The position numbers and the translations under genes are program-made. Below the pieces are notes generated by a model. That model had not been told where the DNA came from. It searched no databases and worked only from the letters and a program-made list of their open reading frames with translations. This document shows, piece by piece, positions 7,815 to 16,409 of a DNA stretch of 32,000 nt (the stretch's first letter is position 1; each line of letters begins with the position of its first letter). Source of the DNA: Microcystis aeruginosa NIES-843 (GTDB taxonomy: Bacteria > Cyanobacteriota > Cyanobacteriia > Cyanobacteriales > Microcystaceae); the NCBI RefSeq assembly GCF_000010625.1, contig NC_010296.1, positions 630,001 to 662,000 of the forward strand. The letters run 5' to 3'.

Positions 7815-7842
7815 GTAGGGCTAATTCATGAATTAGCCCTAC
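7815..7842. repeat. 28-bp perfect palindrome
   Basis: 'gtagggctaattca|tgaattagccctac'. A related 30-bp palindrome lies at 22341..22370. Confidence 0.8.
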
Positions 7843-7992
7843 ACCTATTACCTCACAGGTAAACCCGTCGCAACTATCGGGAGCGTCTGTGGGAATCCAT
7901 TCCCATGAGAGTCCTAAAAAAGCTGATTTCAAAGGGTGACGATCCACGATAATCTAAGTATTGGGGAAATCATACCGTAAAATCACTCATCT

Positions 7993-8433
7993 ATGACACC
8001 ACGCTCGCTCACCGTTTTACTGCTTTCTGCTCTCTTCTGGCTGTCTAGCTGGCTTATCATCCCTATTGCTCAAGCTTTGACCCCAATTCAACTATTAGAT
8101 GTATCTTACAAAGACTGTCCCCCCGAATTAGCCGAGGGGAGTGTCACCAGTGGAGGAACCAGTTTTCCGGCTAATTGTTTTTTAATCACCGGCAAAGCTA
8201 AAAATAATTCTGGAAAAACCGTCTATGATGCCGATGTTTTTGGTCGGATTTACGATGCTAACGGGGAACCGGCTTTACAAAATCGTAGCCGAGTCGGGGC
8301 AATTCCCGAAGTGCCACCGGGGATTAGTGATTTCGAGATCAGAATTTCTGTTTCTACCAATCAACCAACCCCCTTGCGACTGGAAAAATTCAAAGCTTCC
8401 GGTTTTACCAGCAGCGTGGATCCGCGGATTTAG
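7993..8433 (+). CDS. Hypothetical exported protein (signal peptide)
   Basis: 146 aa. The N-terminus 'MTPRSLTVLLLSALFWLSSWLIIPIAQA' looks like a cleavable signal peptide. No family was recognised. Confidence 0.6.
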   Translation: MTPRSLTVLLLSALFWLSSWLIIPIAQALTPIQLLDVSYKDCPPELAEGSVTSGGTSFPANCFLITGKAKNNSGKTVYDADVFGRIYDANGEPALQNRSRVGAIPEVPPGISDFEIRISVSTNQPTPLRLEKFKASGFTSSVDPRI

Positions 8434-8735
8434 AAACTGCTACTGACCAGACTGCTGGCCCCTGTGGCTACGACACTCTGAACAACGTTGAGCAGCAGGA
8501 AAGCGAGGATCGGGGACAAGTCCATCCCGCCTAGGGGTGGGATAATCGAGCGAAAGAGGTTTAAATAGGGATCGGTAATCGGACTGAGAAAAGACATAAT
8601 CTGATAGGCCCAACCGGCATTTTGGAACCAAGTCAGTAAAACCCTAACAATTAGGATTACCGAGTAAATTTGCAGGAAATTGTTGATTATCGTCAAAATA
8701 AACCCTATATCGCTCATAAATAAATCTTTCCTCAA
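8430..8735 (-). CDS. YggT/Ycf19-family membrane protein
   Basis: 'FLQIYSVILIVRVLLTWF..ITDPYLNLFRSIIPPLGGMDLSPILAFLLL' is the YggT signature. The start may be Met7 (8717). Confidence 0.8.
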   Translation of the reverse strand: MRKDLFMSDIGFILTIINNFLQIYSVILIVRVLLTWFQNAGWAYQIMSFLSPITDPYLNLFRSIIPPLGGMDLSPILAFLLLNVVQSVVATGASSLVSSSF

Positions 8736-8936
8736 GAGGGCGTGATGGTTAGTTTAGCTTTGATCTTACCAAAAAAATAGTCTTTAGTTACTCTCGCCGC
8801 CCTGTCTTACTGGTTTTAACCAGCTATCGGCATTCCTCCCAGTTGACGGACACTGGGTAAGAAAACTGAATACAGCAGTTATCTTAATGGTGAGGTACGA
8901 AGTTTTCCTTTTGGGGAGACTCGGATTGTTCAAGTA

Positions 8937-9127
8937 GGGTTTGCGGCAAAAAGTTTTTCGTGGGGGTAGGGTGTGGGGTGTGGGGTGTGGGGTGTGGGGT
9001 TTTACCCATTTTCAGGGAAAAAGTCCAGGAATTTTCCCCCCAATCACTCCAATGGTCGGCAGTTTTTGAGGGAAAAAAAGTCTAAAAACCTTATCCAACA
9101 AGGTTGTTAGATTTATTCAGCAAACCC
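8937..9127 (+). mobile_element. MITE (IS5/IS1182-type termini) carrying a (GGGTGTG)n tract
   Basis: Ends are 'gggtttgcggcaaaaag' and the reverse complement of 'gggtttgctgaataaatcta'. 6-bp direct repeat 'caagta' (8931..8936 and 9128..9133). It aligns along its length with the reverse complement of 18150..18362. Confidence 0.7.
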
Positions 9128-9231
9128 CAAGTAGTTTTTCCATAGCTAACTGACAGTCCGGATGGGAGGACAGATAAAAACGATTGCATGGTATGATAGG
9201 GGTTTTGGAACTATTGTTTTAGGTCAAGATC

Positions 9232-9690
9232 ATGGCGAAACGAATGCAGGTTATCCTCAATCAAAAAGTCAGCAAATTAGGTGAAAATGGCGATGTGGTG
9301 GAAGTGGCCCCCGGTTATGCGCGCAATTACCTTATCCCCCAAGGTGTGGCCGTTTTAGCCACCAAGGGCGCGATTAAACAGGCAGAATTTAGGAAAGAAA
9401 AAGAGCGTCAACGTCTCCTCGCTGAAAAACAAGAAGCGGAAACCAGAAAAACTGCGATCGAAAAACTCAGTCCCTACAGCATCCCTAAACAGGTGGGTGA
9501 AAACGAGGCCATTTTCGGTACTGTCACCAGTCAAGATGTGGCTACGGTTATTCTAGAAAATGCTAAATTAGAAATCGATCGCCGTGGTATTACCGTCCCC
9601 GATATCGGTCAATTGGGAGTCTATAAAGTACAAGTCAAACTCCATCCCGAAGTTAGTGCCGATATCGAAATTAAAGTAATCGCACAATAA
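9232..9690 (+). CDS. rplI: 50S ribosomal protein L9
   Basis: 152 aa, 'MQVILNQKVSKLGENGDVVEVAPGYARNYLIPQGVAV'. Confidence 0.92.
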   Translation: MAKRMQVILNQKVSKLGENGDVVEVAPGYARNYLIPQGVAVLATKGAIKQAEFRKEKERQRLLAEKQEAETRKTAIEKLSPYSIPKQVGENEAIFGTVTSQDVATVILENAKLEIDRRGITVPDIGQLGVYKVQVKLHPEVSADIEIKVIAQ

Positions 9691-9789
9691 CAATTATCGG
9701 GGCATAGTTATCAGTAATCAGTGAAAATTTATCAGAGCGATTAACTAGCTGATGGCTGCTAGCTAATAGCCATTCACATCTCAAAAACT

Positions 9790-10374
9790 ATGACTCATCC
9801 CACGGATATAAAAACCCTAGCGCGCTGGATGGCGGCGGATTTTAGTAATCAAGAACAAGCTTTTGCTAATCCGCCTTTTTTTGCCCATATTCGCGTGTGT
9901 ATGCGCCCTTTGCCCGATGAATTACTGAATGGAACCAGCTTATTTTTAGAGCAGGCCTACGATTTTATGCTCAATACTCCCTATCGTTTGCGAGTATTTA
10001 AATTATCGTTAGTCGATGATCATATTGAACTAGAAAACTTTAAAGTTAAAGAGGAAGCTAACTTTTTTGGTGCTTCTAGAGAACCCCAGCGTCTCAAAAA
10101 TCTCACCTTAGACTTGTTAGAACCGATGCTGGGTTGTGATATGAATGTCACTTGGACAGGTAACAGTTTTAAAGGGGTGGTGAAACCGGGTAAACAATGT
10201 TTAGTCTTTCGCAAAGATAGAATGACTTATTTAGATAATAGTTTTGAAATTAGTGAACGGGGATTAATTAGCGTTGATCGCGGTTTAGATCCCGAAACCG
10301 ATCAATTAGTCTGGGGTTCGATCGCCGGTCCTTTTGAGTTTGTGCGTCGCACCAGTTTTGCTGAGGAAGTGTGA
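9790..10374 (+). CDS. cpcT: Phycobiliprotein bilin lyase, CpcT/CpeT family
   Basis: 194 aa. 'LARWMAADFSNQEQAFANPPFFAHIRVCMRPLP' is the conserved CpcT (DUF1001) N-terminal region. Confidence 0.8.
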   Translation: MTHPTDIKTLARWMAADFSNQEQAFANPPFFAHIRVCMRPLPDELLNGTSLFLEQAYDFMLNTPYRLRVFKLSLVDDHIELENFKVKEEANFFGASREPQRLKNLTLDLLEPMLGCDMNVTWTGNSFKGVVKPGKQCLVFRKDRMTYLDNSFEISERGLISVDRGLDPETDQLVWGSIAGPFEFVRRTSFAEEV

Positions 10375-10396
10375 GAAAAATTATCGGTTTTTAGCT

Positions 10397-11197
10397 ATGA
10401 AAATCGCCACATGGAATGTCAACTCGATTCGCAGCCGACAAGAGCAGGTAATTAATTGGTTACAACTCAATCCCGTTGAGGTTTTATGCTTGCAAGAAAC
10501 TAAGGTAATCGATCGAGATTTTCCCAGAGAAGCTTTTGAATCTTTGGGTTATCATCTCTATATTTCTGGACAAAAATCCTATAATGGTGTGGCGATTTTT
10601 AGCCGAAAACCCCTGGACGATATCACTGTGGGATTTAGTCCCATTATCGGCGAAAATTTAACAGGAGAACTAGACGAACAGAAACGGGTAATTACTGGAG
10701 TAATCGGCGATATTCGGATTATCAATCTCTACGTTCCTAATGGTTCTTCCCTAGATAGTGACAAGTATATTTATAAGCTTAAATGGTTAGAAACTCTCAG
10801 GAAATATCTAGATAAAATTATTAATTCTCAACCAGAAGAATTATGTATCTGTGGGGATTTTAATATTGCCTTAGAAGATAAAGATATTTATGATCCCAAG
10901 GGCAAAGAAAATCATATTATGTCTTCAGCTAAAGAAAGAGAAGCTTTAGAAAAGGTGTTAGAAATTGGCTTACAAGATGCCTTTAGAAAATTCACCTCGG
11001 CAGCGGGACATTATAGTTGGTGGGATTATCGCAGCGGTGGTTTTGCTCGTAACCGAGGTTGGCGAATCGATCATCTTTATTTAACTCCTCAGCTATACGA
11101 AAAAGCCGTTAATTGTCTGATCGATCGAGAACCCAGAAAACAAGAAAAACCTAGCGATCATACCCCTGTTATTCTGGAAATATCAAGCCAAAAATAG
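10397..11197 (+). CDS. xth: Exodeoxyribonuclease III
   Basis: The start is taken at the ATG at 10397 ('MKIATWNVNSIRSR..LCLQETKV..'). The C-terminal 'DHLYLTP..PSDHTPV' is typical of the EEP nuclease fold. The track ORF from 10334 overlaps the cpcT end. Confidence 0.88.
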   Translation: MKIATWNVNSIRSRQEQVINWLQLNPVEVLCLQETKVIDRDFPREAFESLGYHLYISGQKSYNGVAIFSRKPLDDITVGFSPIIGENLTGELDEQKRVITGVIGDIRIINLYVPNGSSLDSDKYIYKLKWLETLRKYLDKIINSQPEELCICGDFNIALEDKDIYDPKGKENHIMSSAKEREALEKVLEIGLQDAFRKFTSAAGHYSWWDYRSGGFARNRGWRIDHLYLTPQLYEKAVNCLIDREPRKQEKPSDHTPVILEISSQK

Positions 11198-11335
11198 CTA
11201 AAGGATCAACCTAGACTTTGCACAGCCAGAATTTTGCTCTCTTAGCTTCCCTAACCAGGGACTTTCACCTTGAGGATTTATTCGGCAACGAGAAAATGCT
11301 ATGATTCGGGTTGAATTTACCAAGTTTATTAAATT

Positions 11336-11890
11336 ATGCGTTCTCCCCAATTAATTGTTCTATTGCTCGGTTTATCCCTTCTCCCCGGCATCTCCCCCGC
11401 TTTTGTCCATGCTAATCCCTCGATAGTGCCAGTGAAACAATCGAGTAATCGCGATTGGGGACAAAAAATCAGCGAAGCGGAAATTAAAGCAATGATTGAA
11501 GACATTCAAACCGCTATTAAAGATAAAAATATCGCCCTAATCCTCAAACACTATGCCCCGTTTATTTCCTCGCAATTGACCATTAAAACCGATGCTAGTA
11601 CCGAAATTTTTGAGTTAGATGGCATCACGGAACATAAAATATTTTTAGAGGAATCCTACAAAAATATTAAAAGTATAGAGGTTCTTTCTGAGAATTGGGA
11701 CGTGGATATTCTTGCTAATAACGAGATGGCGATTGTCACTCGCGAGCGAGTAGTCAATATTACCAACACCGAGGGTGATAACTATATAGTTGCATCGGAA
11801 GCGGTGGCTAAAGTCGCTCCCATCGACGGCAAATTGAGGATATTTTCCATTCAAGAAACCGCCGAAGTGGGACGCAGACCAAAAAAATAA
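11336..11890 (+). CDS. Hypothetical exported protein
   Basis: 184 aa with signal peptide 'MRSPQLIVLLLGLSLLPGISPAFVHA'. No family was recognised; an NTF2-like fold is only a guess. Confidence 0.55.
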   Translation: MRSPQLIVLLLGLSLLPGISPAFVHANPSIVPVKQSSNRDWGQKISEAEIKAMIEDIQTAIKDKNIALILKHYAPFISSQLTIKTDASTEIFELDGITEHKIFLEESYKNIKSIEVLSENWDVDILANNEMAIVTRERVVNITNTEGDNYIVASEAVAKVAPIDGKLRIFSIQETAEVGRRPKK

Positions 11891-12223
11891 TCAACCTCTC
11901 CGGTTGGGACTAGACCAACCCGACTCCCGCCGTCTTCTTCCCTCGATAAAACCGTCATCATAGTCTCTAGAATTGCGCGGATTATCATAGCGGGCAAAGT
12001 TAAACCCGTCCTCTAGTCCGCGCTGAAATTCTTGCTCTGGTGGCACAAATCGATAACGTTGTCTATTATCCTGTACCGCCCGGTTGATTAACAAGGCCCC
12101 CGCTCCAATACCCACGGCCTCACCAAAGGTTAAAGACTTAGCATAATCGATGTTAATTGTCAAGAAAGTTGTTGTTAAAATTAAGGCTTTTCCCCAATGC
12201 TGACCCATAAAATCCTCCTTCAA
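11891..12223 (-). CDS. Hypothetical protein with N-terminal hydrophobic segment and charged C-terminus
   Basis: 110-codon ORF whose likely start is Met6 (12208). It abuts the convergent gene with no spacer. Confidence 0.4.
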   Translation of the reverse strand: MKEDFMGQHWGKALILTTTFLTINIDYAKSLTFGEAVGIGAGALLINRAVQDNRQRYRFVPPEQEFQRGLEDGFNFARYDNPRNSRDYDDGFIEGRRRRESGWSSPNRRG

Positions 12224-12327
12224 AAAATCAAGTTGACAACGAAACCAGTACAGATACAGAGTTTCTCATAAAATCGACCACCGACTCCCCAAAACGAAAA
12301 CCTTGTACCTCACCATTACGATAACTG

Positions 12328-13221
12328 CTATGAGCTAGATTTAGAAGAATGGGAGTGAAAGCGAATCCCCAAGAAGACATCGTAGAGGAAACTCCAGAAA
12401 TTCTTACCTTGCAGTAAACCTAAAGACTGTTCACAATCTTTCGCATCTAAAAGCGGTTTAGTGGCATAGTATGCCGGTTGGTATTTGTACCAGGGAATCG
12501 ACGGCCAAAGATGATGCACTAGATGATAATTCTGTCCTAAAATCAGCAGATTTAAGAGGGGACTGGGGTAAACTCGGGCATTTTTCCAACGATTGCGCTC
12601 TTGGAAAGGACGATGGGGGAGATAATCGAAAAATAAACCGAGGGCAATTCCCACCACTAAAGCGGGAACAAACCAAAAATTCATCACATAGCTGATAAAA
12701 CCGTATTGACAGGCGAAGATGACTATGGTAGCAACAAAAAGACGACTGAGGAACCATTCCAGCAGTTCGTATTTCCGCCAGAGTTGCCGCTTAAAAAAGA
12801 AGATTTCATGATAAAAAAATCTGGCCGCAATCATCCACAAAGGGCCGCCAGTGGAGACAAAATGATCTGGATCATTTTCGGGATCGTTAACGTGAGCGTG
12901 GTGCTGTAAATGGACTCTAGTGAAGACCGGAAAGGCAAAACCGAGCATTAAAGCACTGCCATGACCTAAAATAGCATTAAATAGCCGATTGCTATGGGCA
13001 GAATTATGAGAGGCATCGTGGATAACTGTCCCCGATAAATGTAAAGCGAGGACATTAGCACTAAAACAAATCCAGTCGGGCCAGGACCATAGCCAATAGC
13101 CACAGGTAGATAGGGTTATTAGGCTCAAGGCACTAAAAAACATGGTAACGTTTGGGTTGAAGCCCCCCGGTGCTTTTAAATACTCTTTGGGGACTGTCAG
13201 CAACATCTCGGCCGACTGCAT
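12328..13221 (-). CDS. crtR: Beta-carotene hydroxylase, desaturase-type di-iron enzyme (CrtR)
   Basis: 297 aa with histidine boxes 'HDASH', 'HLQHH' and 'HLVHH'. Overall it resembles cyanobacterial CrtR. Confidence 0.8.
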   Translation of the reverse strand: MQSAEMLLTVPKEYLKAPGGFNPNVTMFFSALSLITLSTCGYWLWSWPDWICFSANVLALHLSGTVIHDASHNSAHSNRLFNAILGHGSALMLGFAFPVFTRVHLQHHAHVNDPENDPDHFVSTGGPLWMIAARFFYHEIFFFKRQLWRKYELLEWFLSRLFVATIVIFACQYGFISYVMNFWFVPALVVGIALGLFFDYLPHRPFQERNRWKNARVYPSPLLNLLILGQNYHLVHHLWPSIPWYKYQPAYYATKPLLDAKDCEQSLGLLQGKNFWSFLYDVFLGIRFHSHSSKSSS

Positions 13222-13382
13222 TATGGGTGTTGCTCCTTATTGTGTTCGCTTTACTGGCGTAAATTATCATACTACGGCTTTTTCATAAAGTTTTGTAACA
13301 TTATCTTAATTAATCTAAAGTTATGAAGAAAGTAAGGATTTGTTATATGGTCTTCCCCCCCAGTCCCCGAGGGAAAGCGAGG

Positions 13383-13802
13383 CTACAAGAGAAAATCACG
13401 GGCGCTTAACGCCAGTTTCGCACTTAAACGATTAAAAAATTCGGCTAGAGACTCGGCTTGAGAAGGAGCGATCGCCTGTTTCCCCCCTATCACCGATTCT
13501 ACTCTATCCCGATCGCCGAAAATATCGACAAGACACTCCCTATCGATATCGAATTCATCAAGTAAAGATTCTAAGGTAGCGGTAGGATTTGTTCGGGCGA
13601 TCGGATAATGTTTCCGCTCGTATTCTTCCACTAATAACACCAATAAATCGAATAATAGTCCTTCGTCATTGCTTAACTCCCGTGACATCATCCCTTCAAT
13701 TATGCTTAAAAATCGCTCGTATTCTTGGGAGTTATTAATCGGTTTCGGTTGATACTGCAAGAGTAAATCACCATAGGTTAATGGATTAGAAGTAGGGATC
13801 AT
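13383..13802 (-). CDS. higA: HigA-like antitoxin (C-terminal HTH)
   Basis: 139 aa. It lies downstream of higB and overlaps it by 17 nt. The architecture resembles E. coli HigA, with an N-terminal helical region followed by an HTH-like C-terminus. Confidence 0.65.
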   Translation of the reverse strand: MIPTSNPLTYGDLLLQYQPKPINNSQEYERFLSIIEGMMSRELSNDEGLLFDLLVLLVEEYERKHYPIARTNPTATLESLLDEFDIDRECLVDIFGDRDRVESVIGGKQAIAPSQAESLAEFFNRLSAKLALSARDFLL

Positions 13803-14091
13803 TTTTCCAGTTCTCCTTATTGTATTCAGCGTGACTTAGAATATATTTAACGAAAATGGTTTGACGAGAATAATTGATGTCAGCGATTAAACGGTATTTG
13901 TTTCCCTTGATATTAAAAACTGTAAAATTTCCCACCGCCTCCGCCTTCGGGTAGCGACCTTGAACCTCTACTAAATTTTTCCAGTTAGCCTTACTAGCGA
14001 AGTTATACCAATCCCTAAGAGCGTCTTCTGCGTCCGAGTGGCGTTCCCAAAACTCTCCTAATTTGACTTTACTGATCAGGGAGCATCTCAC
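13786..14091 (-). CDS. higB: HigB-family toxin (RelE-fold mRNA interferase)
   Basis: 'ISKVKLGEFWERHSDAEDALRDWY..WKN..EVQGRYPKAE.VGN.TVFNIKGNKYRLI..INY..IFVKYILSHAEY' matches the HigB_toxin pattern. The only start is a GTG inside the IS terminal repeat. Confidence 0.75.
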   Translation of the reverse strand: MRCSLISKVKLGEFWERHSDAEDALRDWYNFASKANWKNLVEVQGRYPKAEAVGNFTVFNIKGNKYRLIADINYSRQTIFVKYILSHAEYNKENWKNDPYF

Positions 14092-14800
14092 TTATGCAAT
14101 GAGTATTAATACTTATAGCCGTCAACAACTAGAAAATCTTCAACTTGATCACAAAGAGAAATGAGATTATAATAGTTATAACTTACAATTCAGAATAGCT
14201 CTCGATGGGAGGAATAATTCAATGTTATCAGAAAATGAAAAAAGAATTAAAGAGTTATGTCAAGAGTTAGGGCAATGTCTCTATGAGCAATCCCCAATTA
14301 ATAAATTTAATAACTTGGGAGAGATAGAGGAGACAGTCAGAGATTTAATGATTCAGTATGTCAACCCAGAAATCGGTATTTTTTTGTCAAAACAAGCACA
14401 GGAGAAACAGCTGGTCGGACAAGAAAAGTGAAAAGTATTTTGGGGGAATTACCAATTACAGAAAAACAAGCGAAAAAATTAGAAATAAAGTCTCGGACTC
14501 AGATGAGTCCAATGTTAGAGAAGAACTGTTTGCTATTAAGTGGCGATGAATCCTACGAGAAATCGGCGCAGAAAATCAAATCATTGACAGGGATTGCTGT
14601 TTCTCACAGTACCCAACAACGCCTCGTACATCGCTATGCTTTTGAAGAATTACCGTCTAACCCAGAAGTGGAAGTGGAAGAAATGAGCCTAGATGGCGGT
14701 AAGGTACGACTAAGAACTGCCAAGGGAAAAGCCTTAATTTGGCGTGATTATAAAGCAGTGAGTTTTCATCAACTGGGGGTAGCGGCTTTTTTTCAAGATA

Positions 14801-15750
14801 TAGTCATTTCAAATAAGTGTGAGACGAGGGAAAAATAAGGTAAAATCAAGAGAAACGAGCAACCCATACAGAAAAATGTCTTATAGCCTAGACTTGAGAA
14901 AAAAAGTAATCGATTATGTAGAGAATGGGGGAAGCATAACCAAAGCCGCCGCTCTATTTAATATAGGAAGAGCGACGATATATAGATGGCTAGGTAGGGA
15001 AAAACTGGAAGCAACAAAGGTAAAACACCGTCAGAGAAAGCTGGACTGGAAAGCACTGTCAAAAGATGTCCAAGAAAATCCCGAGGCAAGATTAAGAGAC
15101 AGAGCCGAGAAATTTGGAGTGAGACCAAGTGCCATTTGCTATGCCTTAAAAAACATGAAAGTTACCAGAAAAAAGAAGGAACTTCGTTATAGAGAAAGAA
15201 ACCGAGAAGAAAGAATGAAATACTACAGAGTGCTGAGAGAATTGATTAAAATATATGGAAGTGAAAGCCTTGTATTTATTGATGAGTCAGGGTTTGAAGA
15301 ATTTCAAGCCTGTTTTTATGCTTGGTCAAAAAAAGGGAAGAAAGTCTTTGGAGATAGACAAGGAAAACGAGGAAAAAGAGAGAACCTTGTCGCTGGTAGA
15401 AGAAAGGGAAAAAAAGACTTTATTGCACCGATGGTATTTACGAGAAGCCTGAATGCCGAAGGTTTTGAAGGGTGGTTATCTTTATATTTGTTGCCCTCTC
15501 TAACCATAACATCAGTATTAATTATGGATAATGCACCAATTCATCGGAAGACAGTCATTAAACAACTGGTAGAGGAAGCAGGTCATCAGGTCGTGTTTTT
15601 GCCAAAATACTCTCCTGATTTAAATGATATCGAACATGATTTTAGTGCATTAAAGAGGGCAAGAATGTATGCTCCTGTGGGGACACCCCTTGATGAAATT
15701 ATTCGTACTTATTGTGTCGCCTAGTGTCTCGTTCTTATTTGAAATAACTA
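14801..15750 (+). mobile_element. IS630-family insertion sequence (nested)
   Basis: Inverted repeats 'tagtcatttcaaataag' and the reverse complement of 'tagttatttcaaataag'. A TA dinucleotide flanks both sides (14799..14800 and 15751..15752). Confidence 0.8.
14876..15724 (+). CDS. IS630-family DDE transposase
   Basis: The start is taken at 'MSYSLDLRKKVIDYVENGGSI' (HTH). DDE-type motifs 'FIDESG', 'LIMDNAPIH' and 'YSPDLNDIEHDF' are present. Confidence 0.8.
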   Translation: MSYSLDLRKKVIDYVENGGSITKAAALFNIGRATIYRWLGREKLEATKVKHRQRKLDWKALSKDVQENPEARLRDRAEKFGVRPSAICYALKNMKVTRKKKELRYRERNREERMKYYRVLRELIKIYGSESLVFIDESGFEEFQACFYAWSKKGKKVFGDRQGKRGKRENLVAGRRKGKKDFIAPMVFTRSLNAEGFEGWLSLYLLPSLTITSVLIMDNAPIHRKTVIKQLVEEAGHQVVFLPKYSPDLNDIEHDFSALKRARMYAPVGTPLDEIIRTYCVA

Positions 15751-16409
15751 TAACTCAGCTTTATTAGATTTGGTTAATTCTCAAGTTTTGGCCAAGCCTT
15801 TAATTTGTTTAGGAGATGGACATGATGGTATCTGGAATTTATTTCGTGAGATAGGAGAGAAACAGGAAAGAATTGAAATATTGGATTGGTATCATTTAAT
15901 CGAAAACCTCTATAAAGTTGGCGGGTCATTCCAGCGAATTGAGGAGGTAAAATGTTTTCTCTGGAAGGGGGAAGTGGAGGCGGCTATCTCTTGTTGTGAA
16001 GGATGGTCAGAGCCGCAAGTTGAGAATTTTATTACTTATTTAAACAAGCATAAACATCGAATTGTCAATTATGGTTATTTGCAGGCAGAGGGGATTTCCA
16101 TTGGCTCTGGCTCCGTCGAATCAAAAATTAAACAAATTGCTCATCGTCTTAAAATTACTGGTGCAAGTTGGGAATCTGGTAATGTACCGCAAGTCCTTCG
16201 TCATCGCTGTGCTTATCTAAATGGTTGCCTTTTTTAACTTTTTTATTGAGATCATTAAGCATTTCTACTTATTGCAAAGGTGAGATGCTCCCACTGATCA
16301 CGCCCATCGATCGCTAGTTTTATTGTTGTTTTTAACTTAGATAAGTAGCTGGTTATAATTAAATTAAAAATGGATTTTAGGTTCGATCCCCCCTGCCCCC
16401 CTTGATAAG

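Larger units (their letters stand above)
14222..16237 (+). pseudogene. ISKra4-like transposase, interrupted (frame change at a T7 run plus IS630 insertion)
   Basis: The reading frame moves by -1 at 14379..14385. Removing 14801..15752 gives the in-frame junction ..AAFFQD|NSALLDLVNSQVLAKPLICLGDGHDG.., parallel to copy 1's '..AWFGENESLIYWVNQQPLSDPLTCLGDGHPG'. Confidence 0.65.
14072..16301 (+). mobile_element. ISKra4-like insertion sequence, copy 2, disrupted by an IS630-like element
   Basis: Terminal inverted repeats: 'ctgatcagggagcatctcac' at the left end versus the reverse complement of 'gtgagatgctcccactgatcac' ending at 16301. The transposase is split into three ORFs. Confidence 0.65.

Noticed and set aside
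12458-12909. ORFs 12458..12757(-), 12471..12695(+) and 12706..12909(+)
   Set aside because: They are embedded in crtR in other frames or on the other strand and have no independent support.
14358-14549. Third-frame ORF across the transposase frameshift region
   Set aside because: The two other frames together give the sequence colinear with the paralogue. This frame gives a basic low-complexity peptide.
16381-16392. 'ggttcgatccc', a tRNA T-arm-like motif
   Set aside because: No acceptor, D or anticodon arms can be drawn from the AT-rich upstream sequence. The motif is simply the start of the C6/G6 repeat unit.
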